From positions 64,001 through 128,000 of the forward strand of contig CAVSLC010000011.1 in assembly GCA_963728565.1 (NCBI GenBank): a stretch of DNA of 64,000 bases, read 5' to 3'. A model generated the notes under the pieces. It saw only the letters and a list, made by a program, of their open reading frames with translations, was not told the DNA's origin and made no database searches. Within the stretch, counting starts at the first letter, position 1; every line of letters starts with the position of its first letter. The stretch comes from an uncultured delta proteobacterium. GTDB taxonomy: Bacteria; Desulfobacterota; Binatia; UBA9968. Positions 30,902 to 42,458 of the stretch are shown piece by piece. The position numbers and the translations under genes are program-made.

Positions 30902-32142
30902 AAGCGCGCTTCCTTTGGCCGTTCGATGCTAACGCCCGGATATTCCCGTTCGAAAAGTCTCAATGAACGCTCGCGCAGGCGCGGCGCGACTTGTTCCGCG
31001 AACAAAGTCATGCTGTTTAGGGCGAGCTCCTTGGACATGTTGCCGATATGAAATTGGATCAACAGGTTTCCCACCTTGGCTCGTTCGATGAGATTCCAGA
31101 TACGGTGATATACGGTCTCGGGGCTGCCGACGATGATCGATTGCGAAGCTTCAAGCTCGTCCCAGTTTTCTACGTCACCCAAAAGCTTGCGACCCGGCTT
31201 GTAATCTTTCAGATACTCTTTCCAGGCTGGCGCCGGGATATAGGGAACACCCGGGCCGAAAGTGAGCTGTCGTCCTTCCCGCCGCAAGTGACCCTTCAAA
31301 CAGTTCTTCAAAAAATACCAAACGCCTTCTTCACATTCCTCTCGTGCTTGCCGATCGCTTTCCGCCACGTACGCGGACATCAGTATGCCGAAGCGGAATG
31401 GCTGATACCGATCTCCATGTCTTTCCAGCACGGCGGCAAACTCTTGCTGGGCGCGATGGGTTTCGCCGCCGTGACTGCGCGATGAAAGGAAGTAACAGTA
31501 GCCGCGTTTTGCCACCTCGGTCATAGTCGACGGGCTGCGCGAGCCCGGTATCCATATCGGAGGAAAGGGCGTTTGCAGCGGTTTAGGCCAAGGGTTTACA
31601 TAGCGAAGTGGAAAGTACCGTCCCTCGTGGGCAAACGGACCGTCTTCGGTCCAGGAACGCACGATCAGATCCGCGGCTTCCCAGAATTTCTCCCGGGTAT
31701 TGGCCGACGGTATGTCGTAGTTGAAGGTTTCGGGGCCGCCGCCCGGCGCAAAACCGGCAATCAGCCGGCCGTTGCTCATCTGATCGAGCATGGCGTATTC
31801 CTCGGCGACTCGAAGAGGGTTCATGTGCAGCGGCAGTAGATTGCCGAGCACGACGATCTTGCCGCGGGTCGATCTTTGGGTGAGGGCAGCGGCAATGATG
31901 TTGGGCGAAGGCATCAGGCCGTAAATATTCTGATGGTGCTCGTTGAGCACCATGCCGTCAAAACCGAGTTCGTCCGCATAAGCCAGCTGGTCGATATACT
32001 CCTGATATAGTCCGCGCGCTTTTTTGTTGTCCCAAAGGCTGTTGGGGACCGTGACCCAGCCGGTATCGTGAAGCTGGTCAAAATCTTCGGCCAGATATGG
32101 ATATGCCATGAAATGCCAGCAGAATAATTGAACAGGTTGCAT
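30898..32142 (-). CDS. LLM class (luciferase-like) flavin-dependent oxidoreductase
   Basis: ADELGFDG..NEHH, PLRVAEEYAMLD.MSNGRL, PKPLQ.P.PPIW, VGSPETV. Confidence 0.9.
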   Translation of the reverse strand: MQPVQLFCWHFMAYPYLAEDFDQLHDTGWVTVPNSLWDNKKARGLYQEYIDQLAYADELGFDGMVLNEHHQNIYGLMPSPNIIAAALTQRSTRGKIVVLGNLLPLHMNPLRVAEEYAMLDQMSNGRLIAGFAPGGGPETFNYDIPSANTREKFWEAADLIVRSWTEDGPFAHEGRYFPLRYVNPWPKPLQTPFPPIWIPGSRSPSTMTEVAKRGYCYFLSSRSHGGETHRAQQEFAAVLERHGDRYQPFRFGILMSAYVAESDRQAREECEEGVWYFLKNCLKGHLRREGRQLTFGPGVPYIPAPAWKEYLKDYKPGRKLLGDVENWDELEASQSIIVGSPETVYHRIWNLIERAKVGNLLIQFHIGNMSKELALNSMTLFAEQVAPRLRERSLRLFEREYPGVSIERPKEARL

Positions 32143-32777
32143 TGGCTCCTCGATTAGGATGCGAGACTATCGTGAATTCTTTTTCAGAATAGTGAGGTCA
32201 TACTATAAAGCAATGGAATGCCGCAAGAAGAGAATCTCCGTCGTGCTTAGCGTTCGATGCGCTAGTATTCGGAGCGTATTGACACGTCGATAATCTTAAG
32301 GAGCGTGCCAACGCCGTCGCGCCCAGGTTAATTTCGTCGCGATGGCTGGCGGGATTTGCAGGCTCAGTAGCTGAATTGTTCGAAAAATAGATCTGCCTCG
32401 GACTATGCAGAACCAAGGAAACTGAACTCTTTTACCTCTGTACTTTCACGTTCCAGGCACGCGGTTCACCCGTCGACAAAACTACTGCAGTTTCCGGGTG
32501 GCAGGGTGCGCGCCGCGCCTCAATATCGCCTTTTCCTCGTCTTCGCGAGATTATGTCGCGCGCCCGGCGCCTGGACGAAGACCTGAAATTTCTAAACGGC
32601 ATAAGGTAGGCGCTGCATTGCCACATGACCGGGCTATTGAAATTGGCTACACCCTAATAGAACTCCCGAAGGCGCCACATCTGCAGCCGGTGACATGTGG
32701 TGTGAGGCAAAAACGATCTTCCTATTGATCTTGTCACCCTACAGCTTCTGGAGCATATGACGTTTCCTGTGCAGCGA

Positions 32778-33002
32778 TCACGGGCCAGTGCGAATGCGAA
32801 CGTCGCGCGCCTTGAAATCATCGGACGGGGTGAGCACAATCCGATTGCTCTTTTTGGAACGAATCACTGCGTCGATACTCGGGCTTGCCAAAGGATTGCT
32901 CCTGCGAACTGGATCGGCGCCGAAAAGCTCTCCCGCAATAAACACTCCCAATATCATTGCTAAACCAGCATAAATGGCACTGATGGATTTCGTTGCTTTC
33001 AT
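32778..33002 (-). CDS. Small hypothetical protein with signal peptide
   Basis: AAGGAG RBS, then MKATKSISAIYAGLAMILGVFIAG...; no known motif. Confidence 0.4.
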   Translation of the reverse strand: MKATKSISAIYAGLAMILGVFIAGELFGADPVRRSNPLASPSIDAVIRSKKSNRIVLTPSDDFKARDVRIRTGP

Positions 33003-33232
33003 GTGTGCTCCTTCTTTGACGATAACTTTTGCTGGTTTAGATGTTGGCCATCTGAAAAAGGATGCCTGAAAGCGAATTGGTGCAGGGTGCGCTAAATACG
33101 TTGTTATCGCTTGTTCCCAGAAACTCTGTGTCATGCGCCCCAAGGCCATCACCCGATGTGGATACTTCAGGGAGAGTCGTGCTGCAGATTCGGCGATTGA
33201 CGGCTGCAGGACCGATTGATCACTTCACGTGG

Positions 33233-34561
33233 TTAGCTTTCCGATGTGTGCTTTTTCCTTTGCCAGAGCTCGAGGCGCTCTTTGATCTGCTTCTCGTACC
33301 CGGAATCTGACGGAACATAATATTTTCGTGTTTTCAGTTCCTCCGGTAGATGCTGTTGCTTGACCACATGATCGGGAAAGTTGTGGGCGTACTGGTAGTC
33401 CTTGCCGTATCCCAGTTTTTTCATCAGGCCAGTCGGCGCATTGCGAAGATGGAGAGGAACAGGCAGAGCGCCGCGTTGCTCAACATCCTGCGTTGCTGCC
33501 AGCATTGCCAAATAGGAGGCATTGGATTTCGGCGCTGTGGCGAGATACGTCGCGGCCTGGGCAAGTGGTATCCTACCTTCCGGCAGGCCGATGAAATGAA
33601 AAGCATCCTTGGCCGCCACCGCGACTTGCAATGCTCCGGGATCCGCATTGCCGATATCTTCGGCGGCGAAGATGACCATCCGACGCGCAATGAACAAAGG
33701 ATCCTCGCCCGCTTCGATCATGCGCATCATCCAATATAAAGCGGCATCAGGGTCGCTGCCGCGCAGGCTTTTGATGAATGCCGAGATAACGTTGTAATGC
33801 TCTTCGCCGGTCTTGTCATACCGAAGCGGTCTTAACTGCAGCGCCTCTTGCACGTGTGTCAGGCTGATTTCATTAACTTTCGCGCTATGCGCCAGAGCCG
33901 CGGCGGTTTCCAAGGTATTTAGAGCGATGCGGCAATCGCCTTGGGAATGCTCGATCAGGAAGTCCCGACCTTCCGGCGAAATGTTTAGATGCATGTTCCC
34001 TAGCCCGCGCTCATTATCTTGCAAGGCACGATCGACGATCGCACCGATCTCCTCAGTCGACAAGGTTTTGAGCACCAAAACCTGAGTCCGAGAAAGCAGG
34101 GGAGAGATGACCTCGAAGGATGGGTTCTCAGTGGTGGCGCCGATCAAAACAAGCGTGCCGCGCTCGACGTAAGGAAGAAAATTATCTTGTTGTGACTTGT
34201 TAAAATGATGGATCTCGTCGACGAAGAGGACCGTATTCTTGCCCGCACGACCGAGCCGTTCGGCCTCGTCTATAATCTTCTTCAGGTCCTTGACGCTCGA
34301 GGAGACCGCCGAGAAATGGACGCATCGCGCACCTGTCTTGCTGGCAAGAATTTGCGCCAAAGTTGTTTTGCCGCTGCCCGGCGGACCCCAAAGAACTAAA
34401 GATCTGAGCTGGCCGCTATCAGCCATCTCGGTTAGAATTCGTCCCGGCCCGAGGAGATGCTTTTGTCCGACGAATTCACCCAGGTTTCGCGGGCGCATCC
34501 GTTCCGCGAGCGGCGCGCGAGCCGATTGCTCCTTCGATCGATCGGATTCGAACAAATCCAT
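33233..34561 (-). CDS. rarA: Replication-associated recombination protein A
   Basis: PLAERMRP, WGPPGSGKTT, DEIH, GATTENP, SAFIKSLRGSD, EDIG. Confidence 0.95.
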   Translation of the reverse strand: MDLFESDRSKEQSARAPLAERMRPRNLGEFVGQKHLLGPGRILTEMADSGQLRSLVLWGPPGSGKTTLAQILASKTGARCVHFSAVSSSVKDLKKIIDEAERLGRAGKNTVLFVDEIHHFNKSQQDNFLPYVERGTLVLIGATTENPSFEVISPLLSRTQVLVLKTLSTEEIGAIVDRALQDNERGLGNMHLNISPEGRDFLIEHSQGDCRIALNTLETAAALAHSAKVNEISLTHVQEALQLRPLRYDKTGEEHYNVISAFIKSLRGSDPDAALYWMMRMIEAGEDPLFIARRMVIFAAEDIGNADPGALQVAVAAKDAFHFIGLPEGRIPLAQAATYLATAPKSNASYLAMLAATQDVEQRGALPVPLHLRNAPTGLMKKLGYGKDYQYAHNFPDHVVKQQHLPEELKTRKYYVPSDSGYEKQIKERLELWQRKKHTSES

Positions 34562-34841
34562 ACTGATATGCTAGCACAATTGCCTGGCGCCGTTGTAGCC
34601 GGCGCAATTCAGCATTAACAAGAAGCGTTCGACGTAAGCTCACGAGATCAATCCCCGCGCCGATACTTACCGCCAAAGCTAGATTCCCGCAGCGGAAATT
34701 TCCTGACCTAGCGATCACGATGGCGGCGGTGGCTTTGTCAGACGATCGCGTCTTGATGGAATCTCGCTAGCGAAAATGTCGGTGTCACTTTCGGTCCCAG
34801 GCAAGGGATGCTATCCTAAGCGCCATTTCAGGATTGCAGAC

Positions 34842-35210
34842 ATGGCGGAAAAGTCAGTCAACGAAGGTACACCTCCTCTTGTTCAAGGGGCCGTGCGCAC
34901 AGTTTTATTTCCAGACTCAGCGATTTCCGGGCGACTGAGCTATGATTTGCCGGTTAAAATCGACAGCAAATTCACTGGCGAGGTCAAGGCTAGTGATCTC
35001 TTGGTGGTCGGCGCCAACGCGCACGTGGAAGCGCGGGTCGCCGCGCGCAATCTCCAATTAGAAGGGAAGTTGATCGGCAGTGTTCAGGTGGTCGGTTGCT
35101 TTGAAATAATGCCGGGAGGACATTTCAAGGGCGACGCTCAAGCCGCGGAGCTTAGAGTTCATCCCGGGGCGACCTTTGATGGTCAAGGGAAAATAACCGG
35201 CGAGGCGTAA
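34842..35210 (+). CDS. Bactofilin / polymer-forming cytoskeletal protein
   Basis: Beta-helical repeats (ISGRL, FTGEV, VEARV, LIGSV, FKGD, GATFDG). Confidence 0.75.
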   Translation: MAEKSVNEGTPPLVQGAVRTVLFPDSAISGRLSYDLPVKIDSKFTGEVKASDLLVVGANAHVEARVAARNLQLEGKLIGSVQVVGCFEIMPGGHFKGDAQAAELRVHPGATFDGQGKITGEA

Positions 35211-35218
35211 AGCAGTGT

Positions 35219-35575
35219 TTATCGGCTGCCGGATCGGTCGTCGGAAAAAAGCCGAGCAGCCTTTCCTGATCTTTCCCGCAAATAATAAAGCTTTGCGCGC
35301 CGCACTCTGCCGCGCGAGACGACTTCGACTTTATCGATTCGTGGAGAATGGAACGGGAAGATACGTTCTACGCCCACTCCATAAGATATTTTGCGAACGA
35401 CGAAATTTGCGCGATTGCCTTTCCCGCCGATGCCAATGACAATTCCCTCAAAGACCTGAGTTCGTTCTTTTTCACCTTCGACAACTTTAACATGCACCCG
35501 CACCGTTTCTCCGGCTCGGAGCGCCGGAATTTCCTGCTTGGATTGCTGGGTTTCGAGTTTATCTAGAATATTCAT
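35219..35575 (-). CDS. rplS: 50S ribosomal protein L19
   Basis: [14 protein letters not shown] and [12 protein letters not shown]; synteny after trmD. Confidence 0.97.
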   Translation of the reverse strand: MNILDKLETQQSKQEIPALRAGETVRVHVKVVEGEKERTQVFEGIVIGIGGKGNRANFVVRKISYGVGVERIFPFHSPRIDKVEVVSRGRVRRAKLYYLRERSGKAARLFSDDRSGSR

Positions 35576-35597
35576 GACTACTCCTGTTTCTGTAAAG

Positions 35598-36872
35598 CTA
35601 ACGTCCCAGAAGACGATCCAGAATAATCGCCGCTGCCGATCGAACCGAGAGATGGTTGTAATCGGTCCATCCTTCGAGCGCCTCTAAAACGTAATCTGAT
35701 TGAGAGATTATTGTCTCAGTGAGTCCCCAGCCCGTGCCCAAAATGATCAGGAAAGGGTGAGTGGTATTTATTAACATGTCTTGGAGCTGGGCGAAAGAGG
35801 TCCGCTGACCTCCGGGCCTTGCGGACGTCACGACAATTCGCGGCTTTACGCCGTATTCCTGCTCCAAGTCGATCAAGACGTCATCGAGCGTGTCTTTAAC
35901 TCGGGCCAGCGCCAGCGCCTCTTTTCGGGTCGCGTTGTACTGACTGCCGTAGCCGCGCTCCCAATGATCAATGATCTTTAACGCGAGCCTTTGCAGCGCT
36001 TTAACCGGGATCACCACAAAAAAACCTTTGATGCCGTATGTTCTTCCCGAACGCGCAATATCATGGATGTCCATGTTGGTAACCGCTGTAGTGACAATCT
36101 GACGGTTCTTATCATAGACCGGGTAGTGAAGCAGGGCGACGTAGACAGGCGCCCGGTGATTGCAAATCAGCTCCTTTTCTTCCGAAGATAGATCAACGCT
36201 GCCAATTAAATCCGGTCGCCGCTTTTGAGTTTGCTGAACGCTCATCCGACGCCGCCATTGCCGTATCCTTTCATGATCGCCTGACAGCAGCGCTTCTGGC
36301 ACCTTCGCGCCGCGAAATTCCTCGGGCCGGGTATATTGAGGATATTCGAGCAGCCCATTGCTGAAAGACTCATCGCCGGCAGACTCGGCGTTGCCCAACA
36401 CGCCAGGGACCAAGCGTGACACCGCGTCAATGACAACTATCGCCGCGGGCTCGCCGCCGCTAATGGTGTAGTCGCCAATCGAAATTTCGTCGTCGATAAA
36501 ATCTTTGACCCGCTCATCGACTCCCTCATAGCGCCCGCAAATCAGCACCAGTTCTTCTTCCTTGGCCAGCTCAGCGGCCGCGGCTTGATTGAAGACACGG
36601 CCCTGAGGCGATAGAAGAATGACCTTGGCTCGCGGCATTCTAGTCTTAACGTCCTCGATGGCCGCGACCAACGGCTCCGGTTTCATCACCATGCCTTGGC
36701 CGCCGCCGTATGGGTAATCATCGGTGATGCGATGGCGGTCAGTCGTGTAGTCTCGCGGATTGATCAAAACAATCGAAATCAGCTCTTTCTCCTGGGCCTT
36801 TTTCAGAATGCTGTGGTTCAAAGGCGATTCCAACATGGCCGGAAAAAGAGTGACGATGGTGAAGTTGAGCAT
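35598..36872 (-). CDS. trmD: tRNA (guanine-N1)-methyltransferase TrmD fused to a C-terminal SPOUT RNA methyltransferase-like domain
   Basis: [28 protein letters not shown] and LEYPQYTRP, then [46 protein letters not shown]. Confidence 0.95.
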   Translation of the reverse strand: MLNFTIVTLFPAMLESPLNHSILKKAQEKELISIVLINPRDYTTDRHRITDDYPYGGGQGMVMKPEPLVAAIEDVKTRMPRAKVILLSPQGRVFNQAAAAELAKEEELVLICGRYEGVDERVKDFIDDEISIGDYTISGGEPAAIVVIDAVSRLVPGVLGNAESAGDESFSNGLLEYPQYTRPEEFRGAKVPEALLSGDHERIRQWRRRMSVQQTQKRRPDLIGSVDLSSEEKELICNHRAPVYVALLHYPVYDKNRQIVTTAVTNMDIHDIARSGRTYGIKGFFVVIPVKALQRLALKIIDHWERGYGSQYNATRKEALALARVKDTLDDVLIDLEQEYGVKPRIVVTSARPGGQRTSFAQLQDMLINTTHPFLIILGTGWGLTETIISQSDYVLEALEGWTDYNHLSVRSAAAIILDRLLGR

Positions 36873-36898
36873 GAATAAGCGGGCAGACGAGGGTCTGC

Positions 36899-37411
36899 TT
36901 AGAGATCCAGTAGACCGGCAGGAAGATCGACGATCATCCGGCCAGCTGCCAAATCTACTTCGGAGATAATCTCTTTCACAGCCGGAATGAGATGTTCTTT
37001 ATCAACCCCGGCGACCACGTATAACTCGCTACCGGGCGTTGACCAGATCTGTTTTAGGATGCCAATCCGCGCGCCGCTGGTATCGAAGACCTCGAGGCCA
37101 ATCACTTGATAATGGTAGTATTCGCCAGGCGCCGGAGCCGTCAATGATTCTTCGGGCACAGCGAGGGTCGATCGTACCCAAGGACGGGCGCTTGCAATAT
37201 CATCGATCCCGCGCAGTTTCAGCAGAATTTGTCGCCTGTGCGGTCGGACCGATTCCACCTCGACCGCGGTGCGAGCTCCGTCTTTTATTAGAATGACTTC
37301 GCTGAGAACGGAAAAAAGAGGACTCTCAAGATTATAAGGATTTAGCTTAAGCCATCCGCCAAGTCCGTGCGTCGTAGCGATTTCCCCTAATGCGATGATT
37401 CCGTCAGGCAC
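36899..37411 (-). CDS. rimM: Ribosome maturation factor RimM
   Basis: HGLGG, EYYHYQVIGL, LIPAV, LPAGLL; synteny. Confidence 0.93.
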   Translation of the reverse strand: MPDGIIALGEIATTHGLGGWLKLNPYNLESPLFSVLSEVILIKDGARTAVEVESVRPHRRQILLKLRGIDDIASARPWVRSTLAVPEESLTAPAPGEYYHYQVIGLEVFDTSGARIGILKQIWSTPGSELYVVAGVDKEHLIPAVKEIISEVDLAAGRMIVDLPAGLLDL

Positions 37412-37432
37412 TCCCTTAGCCTAACAGACTGC

Positions 37433-37669
37433 CTACTTTTCTTCCACGATTTCCAGAACGACTTTGCGGTTGGTCTTTGAAGCTGCTGCATTGAGGAGCG
37501 TGCGGATTGATTTCGCAGTCCGGCCCTGCTTGCCAATGATTCGGCCCAAATCGTCTTTGGCAACTCTTAACTCATAAACAGCCGCGTCCTCTACTGCGCT
37601 CTCTGATACTTCGACGGCATCCGGATTACTCACCAGGGATTCGGCCAAGTATTGAACGAGTTGCTTCAT
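37433..37669 (-). CDS. khpA: KH domain RNA-binding protein (KhpA/YlqC)
   Basis: DLGRIIGKQGRTAKSIRTLL; lies between rpsP and rimM. Confidence 0.92.
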   Translation of the reverse strand: MKQLVQYLAESLVSNPDAVEVSESAVEDAAVYELRVAKDDLGRIIGKQGRTAKSIRTLLNAAASKTNRKVVLEIVEEK

Positions 37670-37691
37670 AGTTGGCGCTCCTTGCCGAATC

Positions 37692-37937
37692 CTAGCTGGC
37701 TTTCTTTTGTTTCGCGATCAGTTGGGAAACGGTCCGCGTCGGTTGCGCCCCGCGCTTGATCCAAGTTTCGGCTTTTTCCTGATTGATCTTGAATGTTCCG
37801 CCGCCCGCGGTCGGATCATAGGTGCCGATCTGCTCAATGTACCTCCCGTCACGGGCAAAACGTTGGTCGCTGACAACGATCCGATAAAAAGGTTTCTTCT
37901 TCGCGCCATGCCTGCTCAAGCGAATTCTCACACTCAT
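37692..37937 (-). CDS. rpsP: 30S ribosomal protein S16
   Basis: [33 protein letters not shown]. Confidence 0.97.
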   Translation of the reverse strand: MSVRIRLSRHGAKKKPFYRIVVSDQRFARDGRYIEQIGTYDPTAGGGTFKINQEKAETWIKRGAQPTRTVSQLIAKQKKAS

Positions 37938-37953
37938 ACGTCTTCCTTCTCCT

Positions 37954-39294
37954 CTAGTGAAACGGGTTGGCCATTCGACCAAAGAGCGATTTCATTCCGC
38001 CCTTGCTCACCCGCTGCATCATTTTTTTCATTTCCAAAAACTGCTTCATCAAGCGATTCACATCGGCCACGCTGGTGCCGCTGCCTTGGGCGATTCTGCG
38101 CCGCCGGCTGCCGTTTAAGATTGCCGGACTGCGCCGCTCCTGAAGAGTCATCGAATTGATGATAGCGTCAACCCGCTTCAATTCCTTCTCGGCTTTGTCG
38201 GCATCCACTTGGGAAGCTAGCTTCTTGCCGCCTGGAATCAGCTCAAGCAAGCTGCCCATAGATCCCATTTTTTTGATCTGCTGCAATTGAATCTGAAACT
38301 CCTCGAGCGTGAACTGTTGCTTCTGAATGACTTTCTGGAGGCGCTCGGCCTCCTTCTGCTCGAAATTTTGCTGAACTTTGTCGATCAACGAAAGAACGTC
38401 GCCCATGCCGAGAATTCTTGACGCAAGCCGGTCGGGGTAAAACGGTTCGAGCGCGTCGAGTTTCTCGCCCATCCCGGCGAACAGAATAGGTTTCCCGACC
38501 ATCTGACGAATCGATAACGCGGCGCCGCCACGCGCGTCGCCGTCAAGTTTCGTCAGGATGACGCCGCTAATTCCAAGCTGCTGATCAAAGCCCATCGCTT
38601 GATTAACTGCATCTTGACCCGTCATCGCATCGGCTACGAACAAAATCTGATGCGGGTTAACGGCGCTTTTGATCAGTTTGAGCTCCTGCATGAGCTCTTC
38701 ATCGATATGTAGACGGCCAGCCGTATCAATGAGCAGCAAGTCACAGAATCGCCTTTTCGCTTCATCGAGTGCTTGTTTACAGATGGCAACCGGCGAGGTC
38801 TGAGGATTCGACTCATACACCGGCAGCTCGACTTCAGCGCCAAGAATCTTAAGCTGTTCGATCGCGGCAGGGCGATATACGTCCGCTGGAACCAGATAGG
38901 GAGTTCTCTTTTGATCTCTTTTTAAATGCCTGGCGAGCTTGGCTAGCGTCGTCGTCTTACCAGATCCTTGCAGGCCGACGAGCATGATAACAACTGGCGG
39001 CGCCGCTTTGAGGTCGAGTTTACGATGCTCGCCACCGAGGAGGTCGGTTAGCTCATCACGGACGATTTTTAGGAACTGTTGCTCGGGAGTTAAACTTTGA
39101 AGAACCTCTTGGCCCAGTGACTTCGCCTTGACCGAATCGAGAAAAGTCTTAACGACTTTGACATGAACATCGGCCTCCAAGAGCGCTAAGCGGACCTCGC
39201 GGAGCGCGTCATCGATGTTTTTCTCGCTGATTTTGCCTTCGCCACGGAGCCTTTTGAATGTGAGTTCTAATTTTTCGGTCAACGACTCGAACAT
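37954..39294 (-). CDS. ffh: Signal recognition particle protein
   Basis: [39 protein letters not shown]-domain. Confidence 0.97.
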   Translation of the reverse strand: MFESLTEKLELTFKRLRGEGKISEKNIDDALREVRLALLEADVHVKVVKTFLDSVKAKSLGQEVLQSLTPEQQFLKIVRDELTDLLGGEHRKLDLKAAPPVVIMLVGLQGSGKTTTLAKLARHLKRDQKRTPYLVPADVYRPAAIEQLKILGAEVELPVYESNPQTSPVAICKQALDEAKRRFCDLLLIDTAGRLHIDEELMQELKLIKSAVNPHQILFVADAMTGQDAVNQAMGFDQQLGISGVILTKLDGDARGGAALSIRQMVGKPILFAGMGEKLDALEPFYPDRLASRILGMGDVLSLIDKVQQNFEQKEAERLQKVIQKQQFTLEEFQIQLQQIKKMGSMGSLLELIPGGKKLASQVDADKAEKELKRVDAIINSMTLQERRSPAILNGSRRRRIAQGSGTSVADVNRLMKQFLEMKKMMQRVSKGGMKSLFGRMANPFH

Positions 39295-39343
39295 CGCGGG
39301 AATCACCCTAAGCTATGATATTAAAAGGAGAAATTAACGCTAA

Positions 39344-39372
39344 ACCCTAGTACTAAGCGAGCGACTTGTCAA
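39344..39372 (-). promoter_or_regulatory. sigma70-type promoter for the ffh operon
   Basis: TTGACA-17 nt-TAGGGT. Confidence 0.45.
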
Positions 39373-39379
39373 GCGGAGT

Positions 39380-39423
39380 AAAAAGAAAGGCCCGTTACGC
39401 CATGGCTGCGGCGTAACGGGCCT
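39380..39423 (-). terminator. Rho-independent terminator after groEL
   Basis: AGGCCCGTTACGCC / GGCGTAACGGGCCT stem followed by TTCTTTTT on the minus strand. Confidence 0.85.
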
Positions 39424-39444
39424 GGATCGTTACAGCTTTTCTAC

Positions 39445-41419
<1,975 letters not shown>

Positions 41420-41530
41420 CTTTTGCCTCCTTTCCTGTTTAAAGTAATTCCTGTTTAAAAGTAATGCGAATTGCGATCAGGCGTTCCGGCTCTGCGTCAG
41501 CGGCAACATTCGACCGCCCAAAGCGCGATC

Positions 41531-41558
41531 AATCTAAGCATGAATCCCGCCGTGTCAA
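41531..41558 (-). promoter_or_regulatory. sigma70-type promoter for groESL
   Basis: TTGACA-16 nt-TAGATT; no CIRCE seen. Confidence 0.5.
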
Positions 41559-41605
41559 GGTAATCCGGGCGATAAATTGATTGTTTGATTACAAGAATCG
41601 CAACA

Positions 41606-41884
41606 TCATTTATTTTTCTGCCGTCTCATCTCTTCCTCGAGATACTTACGATACAATACGTCCCATTCTCGGCTTCCCGGTGGGATATGCCGGGATAAAG
41701 ATTGGATTTTTTGCCGAACTATTTCGTCGAACTGATCTTCCCGTTCGAAAAACTCGTGCAAGACGCGTTTAGTTTCAGAAAGCACCCGGCCCTCGTTCGG
41801 GAACTCGGCCAAATCGTTGCCTTTGAGTCCGCTAACGACCAGATGAGCAAGGTGGGAGATGCGGCTTTCGGAAAGTCGGCTCAT
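41606..41884 (-). CDS. DUF507 family protein
   Basis: MRLS..RISHLAH; IVRQKIQSLSRHIPPGSREWDVLYRKYLEEE. Confidence 0.7.
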   Translation of the reverse strand: MSRLSESRISHLAHLVVSGLKGNDLAEFPNEGRVLSETKRVLHEFFEREDQFDEIVRQKIQSLSRHIPPGSREWDVLYRKYLEEEMRRQKNK

Positions 41885-42156
41885 AGAATAAAGCCCTTCT
41901 TGGCTGCCAACTTCTGTTTGGCGATCAGAAACATTTTAAAGTGATCCATTTCCCGAGTTGCCTGAGCATGGGCCGCGAGCATCTTGCGCGCCTCATCTTC
42001 TATAGCTTCCTCTTCCGCAAAGTTCTGACTGATCAGGCCCTTGATCTTGGCCAGGATTGTCGTGTCTTCGCGCTTAGGCTTTATCAATTCCTTAGCCCGA
42101 TAGTTTTCAAGAAGCAGTTTAGCTAGCTTATCGAGTTGTTCCGGCTTGAGTTTCAT
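41881..42156 (-). CDS. DUF507 family protein
   Basis: MKLKPEQ..; EEAIEDEARKML..MF...KQKLAAKKGFIL; overlaps the next gene by 4 nt. Confidence 0.75.
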   Translation of the reverse strand: MKLKPEQLDKLAKLLLENYRAKELIKPKREDTTILAKIKGLISQNFAEEEAIEDEARKMLAAHAQATREMDHFKMFLIAKQKLAAKKGFIL

Positions 42157-42159
42157 GGC

Positions 42160-42454
42160 TGTGGAAAAGGCTGTTAATAAGTTGCGAACAGCTAGTTTGA
42201 AGACCGGGCAGAAGCAGTGAACCAGTTGATTTCTATCCGCGTTAGCCGGGGATGTCAACCCGAACGAATCCCCGCATCTGATAACTCCGGTTACCGCCTG
42301 ATCTGGAAAAATTAGCTTGTGAAATTAAGGGTTTTTTGTCACTATGTTCGATACTCATAGGCTTTCCTGCCGGCAGTTCTAGCAAACCGATGCGTAGTTA
42401 TCCACAAGCAAAACAGCGTACGGCTTTGAAGAGTGCGCGAGAGGTTGTGAACAA
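42160..42454. promoter_or_regulatory. Cluster of DnaA-box-like 9-mers with an IHF-like site
   Basis: Perfect TTATCCACA 42398-42406; TGTGGAAAA 42160-68; TGTTAATAA 42172-80; TCTGGAAAA 42302-10; TGTGAACAA 42446-54; AATCAActggTTC (minus strand) 42219-31. Confidence 0.5.
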
Positions 42455-42458
42455 GTAA

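Noticed and set aside
32143-32777. Several 60-76 aa ORFs and a partial sigma54-like TGGCACG
   Set aside because: No coherent coding signal, and the -12 element reads TTAA rather than TTGC.
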